Positions 26,024 through 38,982 of a DNA stretch of 64,000 nucleotides are shown piece by piece. Below the pieces are notes generated by a model, which saw only the letters and a list, made by a program, of their open reading frames with translations, was not told the DNA's origin and made no database searches. The position numbers and the translations under genes are program-made. How positions within the stretch are numbered: the first letter of the stretch is position 1; each line of letters starts with the position of its first letter. Origin of the DNA: Marsupella aquatica (Eukaryota; Plantae; Marchantiophyta); NCBI GenBank assembly GCA_973895155.1, contig OZ316894.1, positions 15,740,699-15,804,698 on the forward strand, in the 5' to 3' direction.

Positions 26024-26378
26024 GAGATTCTCGTGTCGACTGGTTTTCTGAAGAGAGATTTTGGCTTCGAAGGAAGATTGAAGAATCTTGCATTGTTTCT
26101 CCTCAGAAGACGTTTACTCTGCCTTGCTATGCAGAGAAGTCGGCAATTCAGTCGGATGATGCTTTTGTAATCTCCTGGGAAGGCAAAGGTCGTAGGTCAC
26201 ATCGTGGCGCCAGACAAATTTATATTGCTTGCCTTTTGTTGACGATGAGGCATGCCTTGTTAAGCAATATGTTGATGAGTCTGCTGAGTCAACTGATCGG
26301 GATTTCAGTAGTGACCAGAGCAATACTAGTAGTAGGAATGATATAGAGTCGGATGAAAGTCATTCAAGTGACTTATGA
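26024..26378 (+). pseudogene. Additional degenerate coding exon (DSRVDWFSEERFWLRRKIEE...acidic tail), unknown function
   Basis: Follows a tttcag acceptor. The frame is open for ~115 codons with a single TAG. Confidence 0.4.
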
Positions 26379-27250
26379 TTTAGAACAATATCCCTGGACA
26401 GTTTACTCACTTACTGTCAGTTTTGACAAAGTATTGGAGGCAGTACACTTTTTGGAAATATGACTTTGAAACGGGTTTGAAATCTGAGTTGATTCATTGA
26501 CTATGCCTTTTCATATCCGCCTGGTGTTTTACTAGCTTGTGTTTAATCATATGGTTTGTCAATGATTGAAGGCTAGCGACCTCGCTGGACATAAAATTGT
26601 ATGATCCCATTCTGGAAAAAAGGTTCATTTCTGTCGTAGAAGTCTCACTATACTCCCAATTTGCCACTCTGACCATTAGTTTTACCTCACTAGCAACCAT
26701 TAACCTCGCTGTCAATATCTCCTGTTTCCTCGCACCATACAAACCCCCCCATCATTGTCCCAATCCACTTCACTATTGGTTGTGATTACAATAGGGTGAC
26801 TCAAAGCTGAGATATTAGGGGTAATGGCATTCAGCCATTAAGGAATAACTTTTTCATAGGATTCTGTAAAAGTTTATTTTGTTTTTCCTTTCACCAGCGT
26901 TGAGAGTGACTAATGGTAATGGCATAAGATCAATCCTTATGGCAACAAGTTATAGACTCTAAATTTGGTGGTCCTTAACTTTTTGTGTCCTTAACCAGTA
27001 ACTAGGGAGTTAAAGTTCAGCTTTGAGACTCCCTAACAATAATGATATGTGTAGCCCAAATTTTCACTTATCCTCTTCAAGTGTCTAGCATATGCTGGTC
27101 CAGGCACAAAATAGTCAGGGTGGCTTTACAAGAAGTATGTGTGGGGGCACTTGTGACTTTTTCACACCCAAGTAAATTGAGGAGTCAGTTCTTCTTCTAA
27201 TTAGAGTATAGATCAAAATACTTTTTGAAATATCTATATAACTAATATAG

Positions 27251-27634
27251 ATGAGAAGCTAGAATTGGGGTCTAGTCTTGTAAAGTCTAGCCTCCCTCTT
27301 GTACGTCTTCTCCAAGAGGTCTATTAATTAGGACTTTGAGAAAGATGACCTTTCCATAGTGACTCTAAGGCCCCACCAAAATTTATGTGGATGGAAAGAA
27401 GAACTAGATATTATGTATGTCAAAATGATGATCATGCATGATGATTTTTGTCATCACTAGACTTAATTCACATGCCTTGAATGTTCATAGAAATTCTGTC
27501 ACAAATTAATTATCATTGTGACATACATAACATCTCTTTGTTATTTACATTCACATAAATTTTGGTGGGGGTCCTAGAGTCACCATCTAGAGGCTTCACT
27601 CTTAGAAGCCTGGGACCCAACTCTAGCTTCTCAT
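27251..27634. mobile_element. Degenerate hairpin MITE
   Basis: ATGAGAAGCTAGAATTGGGG / CCCAACTCTAGCTTCTCAT ends. Inner arms ccccaccaaaatttatgtg..tatgtatgtca / tgacatacata..cacataaattttggtgggg. Confidence 0.75.
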
Positions 27635-29079
27635 GGCCGCTGATTGATAAGATTTCTATTGCATTCGAAGAATGGGCATTCAGGCTCGTAAACCAAAATA
27701 CTTTATGAAATGAAGTTCAGTCAATGCATATCTGGATGAAGGGGACAAAATTTGGAAACACTTGGAGCACTTATGAAGATGGCCTAAAATTCTAGACCAA
27801 ATAAGAACACCACCTCAGCATTTCCTTGAGCCCATTGCCTGCCTTGCAGGATCCTTAGACACCCAACCTGAATCGGCTCCTGAGTTCTTGTAAAGCCAAC
27901 TGCAGCCATTTCAACTCAATATATATTGTCAAGATTGAATCTCAAAGGGAATTCTGAACATAAAATGATATGTCACCCCTTGGATAATTGGCCCCCATGT
28001 GTAAAGCCACCCTAACTGCCACTTCTTTGCAAAAATTTAACTAATCCAGGCACTGCCCACCTTTGCAGACATGTCTATTGAAGTGTTTTCTTATTCAGAA
28101 TTCTTGAGGAGAGTAGGAGCTTACCAAACAAGTTTGACTCAAGATGGGGATGGATTCTTCGGAGACATTGGCTGATTGGCGACTAACAGCAGCCACGCCT
28201 ACAGCTAAAACAGATGGAAATCTATTGTAGATTATCCCTAGTGTACTATATCATTTACTTGGTATTTGGATGAACTCATCCGTTACGGATAACAGGACAT
28301 ATGATGGAGCATGAGCAGTGGTCTAGTTTTACAATTCCTTTCATCTCTATAATGATGTGTGAATTTATCTATTTAAACCCCACTCAACCAATGACCAGAC
28401 AATTCTCTTGCTTGCAAACTAGGTGGCCACTTGTCTTCCTAGTTCTTGTGTTTTTAATTGATAAATGAGGGGCTCTCAATCCAAGGCCTAGACTAACAAG
28501 TAAGGATTAATTTACAAGAGAATATAATTATATACGAAAATGAGATTTTTGGCAGTTGTTGCACCTTTGGGCTGATGACCTTTGAAGTGGGACCTGCACC
28601 TCTCCTGTTGTTTTGGGTATTCCTTCGCCACTGTTTGGCATGCTGGTTCCGCCCATCTGAAGATAATTGCTTGATGACCCCCAAACCAAACTTTTCTCCC
28701 CAACCAACCCCATGAGATTTGGGTACTTTGATATAAAGTCTATCAACGGTGTGGATCACTCAGGTGCCCATCAACTTACACTTTTCATCTTGGGGTCCAA
28801 CAAGCATATACCTCCTCCCCCCCCCCCCACATCTGCAAGAGGGGTGACCCAAATAATCTTCAAAGTTAAAAACCAAAATAAACAAATCCCTGCAAGCCAG
28901 TTGAGCTGAGTGCACCTGGGCGCTTATTACCAGTGGTTACTTTCAGTGTCCTTTAAAGTGCTTCCTTTCCTCTTTCTTTTTCTTCATTTGGGAGTGTCCC
29001 ACTGAAATGAAGGTTTCTTCCTGAGGTCGCTGCCAATTTTTTGTCCAAATACACTTTGCCACTCTTTCAGTTTAATTTA

Positions 29080-29721
29080 CACTATTTACCATAACTAGTG
29101 TGACTAACACTAATTTGAGAGCACCAATTTTCAGGATCAACTCACAAATTAGTGTTAGTCACACTAATTTTGTGCTAACATGCATTATCTCCGCGCACAT
29201 GAATTAATGGTGTTGTGATCTCAAGAGTGGCAAAATAGAGGGAATAACTATTTTGAAAACTTCACAACAATTAGTGTTACCTTGGTCTCAACATCATCCA
29301 TGTTTTTACTAGCAATTCAACAAGAGTTTTTTTTTGTTTGAAAAATGGACAAAATTTAGTGTTACTCGGACTTAAACTTACTTTCACCACAATTAGTGTT
29401 AGTACACCTATTTTGTACTATTGCTAATCTACAACTATAATAAGGGATCCCACCTTTTTTGTACTTTGTCCCAATACAAAAAAAACTCCTGAGCGGGAAA
29501 GATCCATAGCTGTTGGATTCTATTAGTTATTTTCCTTGAGCATTGATGGAAGTAATGTGCACCCTTGACACATATGTGCTTACTACTGCCCCATAAATGA
29601 CCCAGCCCAACTCCCTATGGACTGGCCCTCCTTGCACAATGGACGGTCCTCCTTGCACAGTGCAATGCATTGGCATAGGGCTGGTTCTTGCATAACAACA
29701 CTAATTAAGGTAAGTGTAGTG
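29080..29721 (-). mobile_element. MITE, family A copy 3 (inverted, diverged), containing a nested Helitron
   Basis: Reverse-complement similarity to 17659-18040, split at 29427/29685, with TA on both flanks. Confidence 0.8.
29428..29684 (+). mobile_element. Non-autonomous mini-Helitron (257 bp)
   Basis: 5' TCTACAACTATAATAAG, 3' CTGG (CTRR) preceded by the hairpin CAGTGCAATGCATTG. Inserted between A and T with no TSD; the empty site CTAA|TTCTTGCATAAC is given by the other MITE copies. Confidence 0.85.
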
Positions 29722-29827
29722 TAGTATGTTGCCTTAATTTTCACCAGGGTGAGACATAAACTTTAATTTCAGTGCTTGATGGAACCCCTAAATTCACCCT
29801 GGGTTAGACAAATTAACTCAAGTTGAG

Positions 29828-30006
29828 GCCATCTTGCACCCTTTCTGAAGCGGACTGTTGAAACTCTCCTCAACCTTGTTTGGTCCATCCTGCTACAGTC
29901 CTACACCCCCCCCCCCCCCCCCTCCGATGGTGGTCATCTTGCACCTTTTCTGAATCGGACTGTTGAAACTCCCCCTCAACCTTGATTGGTCCATCCTGCT
30001 TCCTAC
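29828..30006. repeat. Two ~75 bp direct repeats separated by a poly-C tract
   Basis: ggYcatcttgcaccYtttctgaa.cggactgttgaaactc..ctcaaccttg.ttggtccatcctgct occurs twice. Confidence 0.85.
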
Positions 30007-32800
30007 CGCCCTCCACCTTGGGGGTGAGTCTCTATCCTAACCCTTCCCGCTCCTAGTCACCTTCCAATGTGTGTCAGCCCATCCCCAAGGGCGGAGAACA
30101 GGAGCAAAATAATACACCACAGAAATTAGTGTCGATTACTTTATCGTTGATTTCAATTTTGGAGCGTCGACCATGATCCACACTCGCTCTATTTATTGCG
30201 CAAGCTGTTTCTCAGCGTAGGATGACGTTATCGGAGTAGCAAAATCTATTTGCCGTCTGTTTTGTGCAGACTCGTGGCGGGCTTGTTTCTGCCTTGGTAC
30301 TTCTGGTCCAATCGAGTACTCATGAATTGATGCTGGGGATCAGTGGGCAGGCAAGGCAGAGCCATCAATCAAATTCTAACATCGAACGGTGCTGAGCATT
30401 CCATCTCAACCATTCATAGTTGGGCCATGGATTGAGGAACTGATCATCGGAGACTAATTAGATTTGCCTTGACCGTAAACATCTTTCTTGTCAAATTTGC
30501 TCGCAGTGTGTTGAAAATCTATTCAGCAGTTATATCTTTGAATTAAACAATAATGACCGGCAGTATGACTGTTAAGATTTATTCAACAGTGATAGATGTA
30601 AATTCAATCAAAGATGAATTCAACGATAACGATTCTTCCCGCTTCTGGTACTGCCCTGAAGGAGCGCGGCATCGTTCTTGAGAAGAGATTTGAGTCAATC
30701 TTAGTGAGACTATGGTACACATTTTGCTGCATTCCAACTCCTGGGCTCCTTAATTCAATGTCTTGACCAAGTTTAGGTTCAATTTGAGTTTTAAAGTGAC
30801 CCCATCGTAAATCGCAGAGTTTGTGTTTCGATTCGGAGCGCAGGTCGAAGCCATGGATCCCTACTGAGCCTGATGAGGGACAGAAGGGCACGTGCCTTTT
30901 CAGAGGCTCAATCCTGTACCCTCTAGCATTAATTCTGTAATGAGGACTGGATCCAGAATGAACAGAAGAATCCACTAGCGAAGGGATTTCTCACTCGCAT
31001 AATACAGACTATTCGTCACCGGCTCAGCTTGGTTTGAGCCAGTCAGAGTGCCGATATCCTTTGTCCAATCTTTACGGAAGCCCACGAAGCGAATGGTAGA
31101 TCACTAGCCAACACTGTCTTGCAGCTCCACCTCTATACAGTCTTGCGGGAGGCTGGGTGGACGATAGGTTCTCCTTTGGAATCTTTCAAGGAAAATAAAT
31201 TGAGAATCTCCGTTACGGTTTTGTGAGATCCCTTAGCCGCTATCAAGGTATCGAGTATTTGAGTGAAATGCACTGCACTCGACTGATGAAGGTTGGCATA
31301 TCCATCAAGAAGCACAAAAGGAGTTTCAGGCTGTTTGAGGGTATCATTTAATTGCGAATGGCTCTAGTGTAAATTTCTTGATCGAGAAGCTTCTTTAGAA
31401 TCTTGGACGCAGGCAAAGTGACAAGATTACTGTTCCCCACCTGTGACATTGGGTATTTGGGTGTCAGCCTGAAACAAGAGCGGCTATCAGATCCTATCAG
31501 ATCCTATTACATCGTTTGCCCACATTTCTGGAGGATAAAGAAGGGCTTGTCAGCGGAGTGATCGCATTACCGACTGCTGTCCTCATGGAGTCAAGGACAC
31601 CACTACATTTGTGGGGTACCCCATTGTGTCTACGGTAATACAAACCATGTACTTTTTAGATTGGGGTTTGGATGGACCTCGGCTGCATGCTGACCATGCA
31701 TTCGCAAGTTGAGGGACATAAACAAAAGTACAAGTGGACAAGGGAAGATAATGATGCCTTTTCCATCCATATTTAAGGTGGTTATGGTGGGTGAAAACTC
31801 GATCATCATGTCATGAAGAGAAACGAGGAGCCGAAAAGTTGAGGAGAAGACAAACTGCCTGGCCTTTAATTACTAGTTCATGCAGCTGCAAAAAAGTGCT
31901 CCTGTCAAAGTGGAGGCGATCGCGATTGACACGACGATAACACTACACGATAGAGAGCCAACAGCATCCAAGTAGTATCTATACGAATCCCATAAGCGGA
32001 TGTGATGACGACGCCCCTAAAAATAACCCAAACGGTCGTGGCTTGTGGCCCACAGGTTCCAGCGTGAAGATCATCATTCTCTGTTAGGTCATTAGGTTTA
32101 TTCGTTCGTCTTGCTTGTCCTCTCCCGTAATAATTACACCCTGCGTGCACCCCTGCACCCCTGCAGCCCTGCTGCTGCGCTCTCATATGCTGTACTCCTC
32201 CACTCTCCGTGCGGTTGACGCACTGTAGCTAGCCAGCAATTGAGAGTTGAGTTCGTTGCAACGCAAGGTTTCTTTCTTCCACCAGACCCAAGATTGGAAC
32301 CTGCTTCAAGACTTGCTCTCCGAGAAACCCCGGGAAACCCCGAAGCATTCTTTGTTCAGGAGACTTACGGTGCAAGCCGTGATTACGATTCCTCATGTCA
32401 CGAACTTTGACATGGCTTAGATTCTGACAATCTGTATTGGCCGCTGATAGACCTGGCGCAATCAATCACCGAAATTCCCGTTTGCTGTGGTATATTTCGG
32501 GCTGTGATTGGCGGCGCGTGGGGCACTCGAGTCTCTTGTCCTGTTGGCGGAGTCAGGATCGGAGGGAAGTTTGATGTGCAAATTTCCGTCGAGGGAATGG
32601 GTTCGCCAAGCTATAGGGGCTCTCCTTGTCGACATTTGCTCGAGATCTTGAGATCTTCAGCACGCAAGAGCTGACGAATTGAGTCCTTCAAAGCTTCTTG
32701 TCTGCCACTTGTGTCTGCGTTGCCTGCCAAGGCAGCCTTGGCGACTGCCTTAATTCTTCTCTCCGGCCAGCCACCCAGCCACCCAGCCGGCCGGCCGGCT

Positions 32801-35800
32801 ATGGACGAGGCCACGTTGCGGTCAAATGGAAGGGCTGCGACCATTCGATCCGGAGACCCTATGGTATGTCTTCTTGAAGTTGATTTGTTCAGTATGGTAT
32901 CAATAGCTATAGCGGTCTCCTATTATAAGTTTTCGTTGACCACGACCCATAGTAACCAGGCTATCCACTGCTTTCAATCCCGTTTGCATTGGTTCGTGCA
33001 TAGATTTACGTGCAATGGTCCTTGGGGCTTTCACTCCAGGAAGTCCAGGTATTCCACCTGCGGTATTCGCACGGTCGAAATGGAGTCTGTATTTCTTGCC
33101 TCATTTACTGTAGTGTACAATTTGAGCACTTCTTTGTGTTCTTGTCCATTCTTTTGGTTAGTAGCTAAATTCTTGAATGGGTGCCGCCTGCGCCTTAGTC
33201 AACCATGAGTAGATTTGCCTGAGGGGAGCATTCTTTGCGAGATTCGTCGTGGTTTTTCCAAGCCAGTTTGATTTGCTGGTTTGGCCGCGTTGGCTAACTT
33301 AATGCCTTTTCTGAAAGATCGTTCTGTGTTTGCCGCTTCCAGTCTCCTCTGCGCCCAGATTACAGAAGTGTCTCAAAGAAAGCGTCGGAGGTAATGGGAA
33401 AGGTCAGCGAAGAAACAAAGGTAGCTACTGTAGCGGCCAATCCTTACTTGCCGAAAAATAGGCTTGGACTTTTTTCTGAATTAGTTCCGGAAGGTCCATT
33501 GCCACTAGAAGATGCTACTAGGCTGCACAACTTGATCCGCTGAGAAATTCTCTCATTCTAGAAATTCTCTCATGAGAAATTCTAGAAATTCTAGGATTGC
33601 CCAAAGTAAGCTTGGAAAGCTTTTAAGCTTTGAAGCATGAGAGCAGAAACAGCTGAAGCGGGCCGCCTTCTTTTGTTGTTGAACCTTGAAGTCGAGCTGT
33701 CTATCGATTATTTCGCAAAGGAATTGAATCGCCTTGTGTGTTTGCGTATCCCACTTTGCCGGGTCTGCAGTAGCGAGGACCAGACCCACTAGCGAACCTT
33801 CGGTGGGGAAGGTTGGTCGTTTCTTTGCAGGAGCACTTCCTAACGTGCCTTTTGATCCTGGACACAGGGATCTACTCGCTCACATAGGCCTCTGACGGTG
33901 TATAGGTTGGTGCGCGGGATAGTTTGTCTCATCACTCTGGTGTCAACGGCGTTCGTTTCTGTTGTTATGCTCGCTCCAATCGTATTTGTCATACTTCGGG
34001 CTTTTGCGGTGCACACAAGCAGGAGATTGTCCGCTGTGATATTTGGACAGTGGCTGGCGTTGTGGCCGTATTTGTTTGAGAAGATTAACGGCACCAATGT
34101 GATCTTTTCTGGGGACAAGGTTCCAAATGGAGAACGTGTGATGGTGATGTGCAACCATCGCACGGAGGTGGACTGGATGTATATATGGAATCTTGCTCTG
34201 CGGAAAGGGCGGATTGGCTCTTGCAAATATGCCATGAAGAGTAGTGTTCGCAATATACCAATCTTCGGTTGGGCTTTTCATGTCCTCGAATTTCTTCTTC
34301 TTGATAGGAATTGGGAGCACGATAAGCCTGTGATTGAAACCTACCTCAGGAGTTTCAAAAATCCTGGTGACCCGTTTTGGTTTGTACTTTTTCCCGAGGG
34401 TACCGATTTCACGTAATCTCTCTCCCCACATTTCTCTGTCACTCCTTGTATTCTCTGGTTTTTTTGTTTATTCGCAGATCTTGCCGGATGTTTCGTGTAG
34501 CCCAGGAGTTTGCGTTATGCTGGCGAGGTTGCATGGTTGCGAAACTGATCAATTGTATAGCAATTTCAAAGCACGTTCATCAATCCTTCTTATGAATACT
34601 CTTGCTCTGTTGGTCGCGCATTACCCCAAGGTGTTCTGATACCCTCCTCGTGCAAGCGAAACTGGGTTTTTATTTCTCATTGACTATCGTTTCACTCTGT
34701 GCAGAGAACAGAAGTTGATCAAAGGCAACAACTACGCCAAGGAGCTTGGTCTCCCCGGAAATTTACGACATGTACTCCTACCACGGACACGAGGATTTGT
34801 GGCCTGTATCCCACTTGTGCATCGGTCCCTAGACGCAGGTACCAGCCTCAATTTGCCGACCTAGATTTGCATGCGAAACATAACAAATGTGTTCTTCAAA
34901 TTGTGATCGTGGCGTTGCTTGGCTAAAATAAAAATCTGTTAAGTGAGTTGGAGAAACTAGCTAAATCTGAAAGGGACGAGGAGCCCTCGTCTTGAAGGCT
35001 TGTATTTTAAGGCTATAATTTTTTTTGTTCCGCTTTAATCGCTGAAAGATAGTCCTTCTAACGTCAAATGTCTATGGGACTGCTCTGCATTGTTTTATGG
35101 AAGGTTATCAGTGATGCAGTTAGTCAAAACTTTCAAGAAATTTTGCAGCAAGAATATGTCGCCGTGTGGATTCCCCTCGAATGTTTTGGAGCTCAATTTT
35201 CTTTCTTTATCGTTGTGGGGAACAGACGGCGATGTTTAGAACAAAGTGATGCCTAACTTAATTCTCCGAGGCGGAAGTCGTACCCATTTAGGCACACTTG
35301 TGAATTAGAGTGACGTCATAGCCTTTTGTTTTTGGAGTCAACTTTTACCATCAGTATCATGGTTCTCTAGCGGCGATGTTGTCAATCGGAAGTCACCCAC
35401 TCACCCAAGCTATTGATCATTGTTCTAATTGACTCGCAGTTTATGACCTTACAATTGCATATAAGTACCGCTGCCCACTATTCATTGATAACCTCTTTGG
35501 AATCGATCCTGCTGAGGTTCATATTAATGTTTGTCGCATTTCCATGGAGGACATACCAACTTCAGAAGAGGAAGCTTCATCCTGGTTGTATGATCGTTTT
35601 TACCAGAAAGACAAGCTTTTGACTGAATTCAACAAGGACGGCTGCTTTCCAAACGGGATTGATGAAGGAGAGCTAGATACAAGAGCATTTCTCCTTAGGT
35701 CAGGAGGGTTCGTGATAAGTACCATCACAGTGTTGAGGTACGCCCTGTTCCATTACACATGGTTACAAGTATATGTGGCGTTCAGTGTGGTCCTCCTCTC

Positions 35801-35864
35801 GGCTGTGACTTTCTTCAACTACAAATCAATGCCAGCAGACGATGACGACGGAGGCTCCAGCTAG
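32801..35864 (+). CDS. LPAT5: 1-acyl-sn-glycerol-3-phosphate acyltransferase, LPAT4/LPAT5 type; exons ~32801-32863 (first exon uncertain), 33868-34412, 34705-34838, 35440-35864
   Basis: Acyltransferase motifs [26 protein letters not shown] and [11 protein letters not shown]. Splice phases are consistent. An alternative first exon 33394-33420 (MGKVSEETK) is also in phase. Confidence 0.92.
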
Positions 35865-38800
35865 TTGTAGAAATTACAGGATCCACCATGAAGATTATTT
35901 ATCTGCACCATGGCGACACCGTGGACTGAAATTCCAATGAACAGGACAGTCCTTCTTTGATGGCCCCTAGACACTCTATCGTCTACAATACCTTAAGGGA
36001 TATGGAAGGGAGTGCAACTGTACTTGTATACCGTTTGAAGATGTGCGTCACTTCGGTTGTTTCCTTCGAAGTGCCTACCAGATTCTTCTGAAGTTTATAG
36101 ACGGCTTGAAGACAAAGGTCAAAATTGGAGGCATTAGTTTCAGCCCTGGCTTCATACAGGTACAGAATTAGCTTATAGATTGTGAAGCCGTTCCAGTTTT
36201 AGAATTTCCTTTCATTTTTTAAGTTGGTTATACCAGTGCAGGAATCGTGTAACATGAGAGACTGCAATTCATGCTAAAATTGTAGGTTAAAACGGGTTTC
36301 ACATTGAAGGAATGCTTTACCCGGTCAAAAGTTCATCTGTATCACCTTTGTAATTAATAATTCATTCATGTGGAAGGATATTGTACCCAGGCGTTGAAGC
36401 AACTCGTGTCTAACATTTTGTTCTTGACGGAGGAGTTCATTACTGATGTACAACCAACTTATGCAGTAGTTCGCGTGGGAGCTCGCCAGCTTTTGTACCC
36501 CTTGGAAAGGAAGGATGAATTTGACTGCTCATAAATACACTTGAGTGACTGGGAGCTCTGCTACCCAAGGATCATAATGATGGTCATGTCAAGAATAGTC
36601 GGTGCGTGACAAACATGTTCATTTAATCCAACGAAGGGCAGATCGAGAACGAAACTCAGGAACGGATTAGGCAAGCTGCTACCATTTCAAAGAATGACTT
36701 ATGCATGAATGAACTCGTAGTAGGAGCATGGGATTGTAATTTCCCTTACTGCAGCATTTGAACAGATATATAAAGCTCTATCTGTTATGGTGTTTACGGC
36801 AATGCGCTAGGTAGCGAAAGCTCGTGCCGTGGGAGATTAAATTTGCACCGAAGGTAGTCGGCATACCGTGTACCTTTGGCGGAGATACCACGTAAAATGT
36901 ATTGTTCCGAAAGAAGCATGTCGGAGACACATCCTATGTTGACCATTGCTGAGTCGATACTATGAGTGTGAAACAGTTCTAAAAGAAGCCGGGAACTATC
37001 ACATTTCTCGTTGGATAAAATCTGCTTACGCTAAGGCACGATTAACCTGGACCTCCCCCGCGTCATGATCAGGCTCATCAAACTTATTTGCTTACAATCT
37101 ATTGTTTGCAACAATAACTACTTGTTGAGCACAGAGAATGTTTTTACTCAACTGGGTCCTCTATGATGATCATCATAAGAAGATTCATGGGGGCGGAGAG
37201 TCACCATCTTTGTTAATTCACATGGCACTGACAAAAATTTGAGACTTATGACATCTACCAGTCTTGAGAAGAGTGCCTGAGAAATCTGATAAGTAGCCAT
37301 CAATCCCACTCATGGAGAATGATAACTATCGTACGACGTTTTCCCATATTTTGTCGATAATTGTTCTGACGATTGGCAAGCCTCGTACCATAGACGTTGT
37401 GATAATAACATTGAAAGAACCAAGTTTACACAAGATACATATCAATCAGCCTCGTAGAAAGTTGGTTCTGAGGTGTTTTCAAATATAAACGTAACATTGG
37501 TGTCTGCAAATTCTACCGACAGAAAGTTGCATTATTCATTCAACGTGGTGGAAATAGCAATCAATAACCAGCATGCAGTTTAGAACTCTCATTTGACCAT
37601 GTAGGCTCTCACTTTAAAAGCTAACGATCCCATCCGCGTTATTATGCAATCAGATTACGATGCCAGCATTTGTCTATCGGCGACTGTCGTAGCGTTATCT
37701 TCCACCAGTCACTCTAGTGGACTTTCTTGCTCGTACCAACCTGAAGTACCCACTCTAATCCTCGTCCACGCTGGAATATAATATTCGGAGTGAGTTCTGT
37801 AGCCTTCTTGGAACAACACGAGTAAGATAGGAGCCCGCATCTCGTCCCAAACGGTGATGGTCATTCCAGACATTTGAGGTAGATAGGGTGATCATGGTAA
37901 TTGAAGCTGTTCACACATGCAAAATTGACTGTTATTTTGCTTTGTTGGCAGGACGGAATGGCACTCAACGAAGTGAGCAAAGCATGTGTGCCTTACCAGC
38001 CCATCTACGTGAGAGACAAACTGGACTGCAAAAAGCTGCAATAATCTTAAAATGATAGTGACGTTCGTTCCAACCGTAATGCCAAACTTTTCCCTTACTG
38101 GAGCCAAAGGTGACAGGCCCCGGGAGAACCCAACTCAGTACGGCTAGCCTGGGGACCTTGATAGGTAAGAGGCAGGGCCATCAGTCAACTGGTCAGAACA
38201 AGAACAGGAACGAACAGGACCAAGATGAGCTGACAGCAGACTTCGTCCACAGGCCGGTCGTATATTTAAGGGCGGATAAAAGGTCATGGAAACTTTGCAC
38301 CAATAACCATCAAACGTAGGCACGACAAGCATGTCCAGCAGATTGATAATTGGGTACTTTCAATCAGACACATGACAACGTCTGAAGCAACCCAGTGGCA
38401 GCTTACACTATCTACAAGGCCCACACTCAATCTCATTGGCACACCTTAACAGAAGCGAGTGCAGATCTTCCACACTTTAGTACATAATTCACATTGTATA
38501 CTAGTATTTCCTGCTCATGTGAAATCGAAGACTGCTATCGTCGGATATAAATATTGCTTTGAGAAATACCGAGCAAACTTAACATCTGAAAATTGCAGCA
38601 TTCAGAGTATAATGCGTACGCAAAACGTATCCTATCAATTCAATCGAAGTCCAGGCACGTAGGGTGAACATATGCACACAAATAGCTAATCTACTAAGCT
38701 GGAGTGAAAAAGCCTTGTTCGCTGTCCAAAAAATGGTCACACACTATAAGTTTACACGTCTGGCCGACAATAGCAAAAGCGTGATAACTTACCCACAGTA

Positions 38801-38982
38801 AGCCCTTGTAGTACTTTCTCTAGTATGTAATAACCACCTCGTCAAGCGACCCAACGCACATCAAAGGCTGTTCATCAACGAAAAGATAGTGGAGAGATCA
38901 TGCCGGAGAAGCAATTCCTCCCCGTTAACATCCCATCCGCCGAATTCAAGAATAGGCCCATGTCTGTTTTAGTGGAAATTCA

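Larger units (their letters stand above)
16264..26715. mobile_element. Large decayed Mutator-superfamily element (no clear TIRs) carrying a transposase and a ParB-DNA methyltransferase-like cargo gene
   Basis: Divergent transposase and cargo pseudogenes plus a dispersed 18-bp palindrome. Boundaries are estimated from the outermost palindrome copies; no TIR or TSD identified. Confidence 0.7.

Noticed and set aside
26800-28814. Right arm/TIR of the large MULE extending to the MULE-like terminus at ~28814
   Set aside because: No matching left terminus or TSD was found, and the palindromes stop at ~26.7 kb.
33541-33597. Cluster of AGAAATTCT palindromes as a heat-shock element
   Set aside because: The GAA/TTC spacing is mostly non-canonical. 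It looks like a local micro-duplication in an intron.
37700-38340. Possible small secreted-protein pseudogene on the minus strand
   Set aside because: Fragments need several frameshifts and there is no recognisable family motif.
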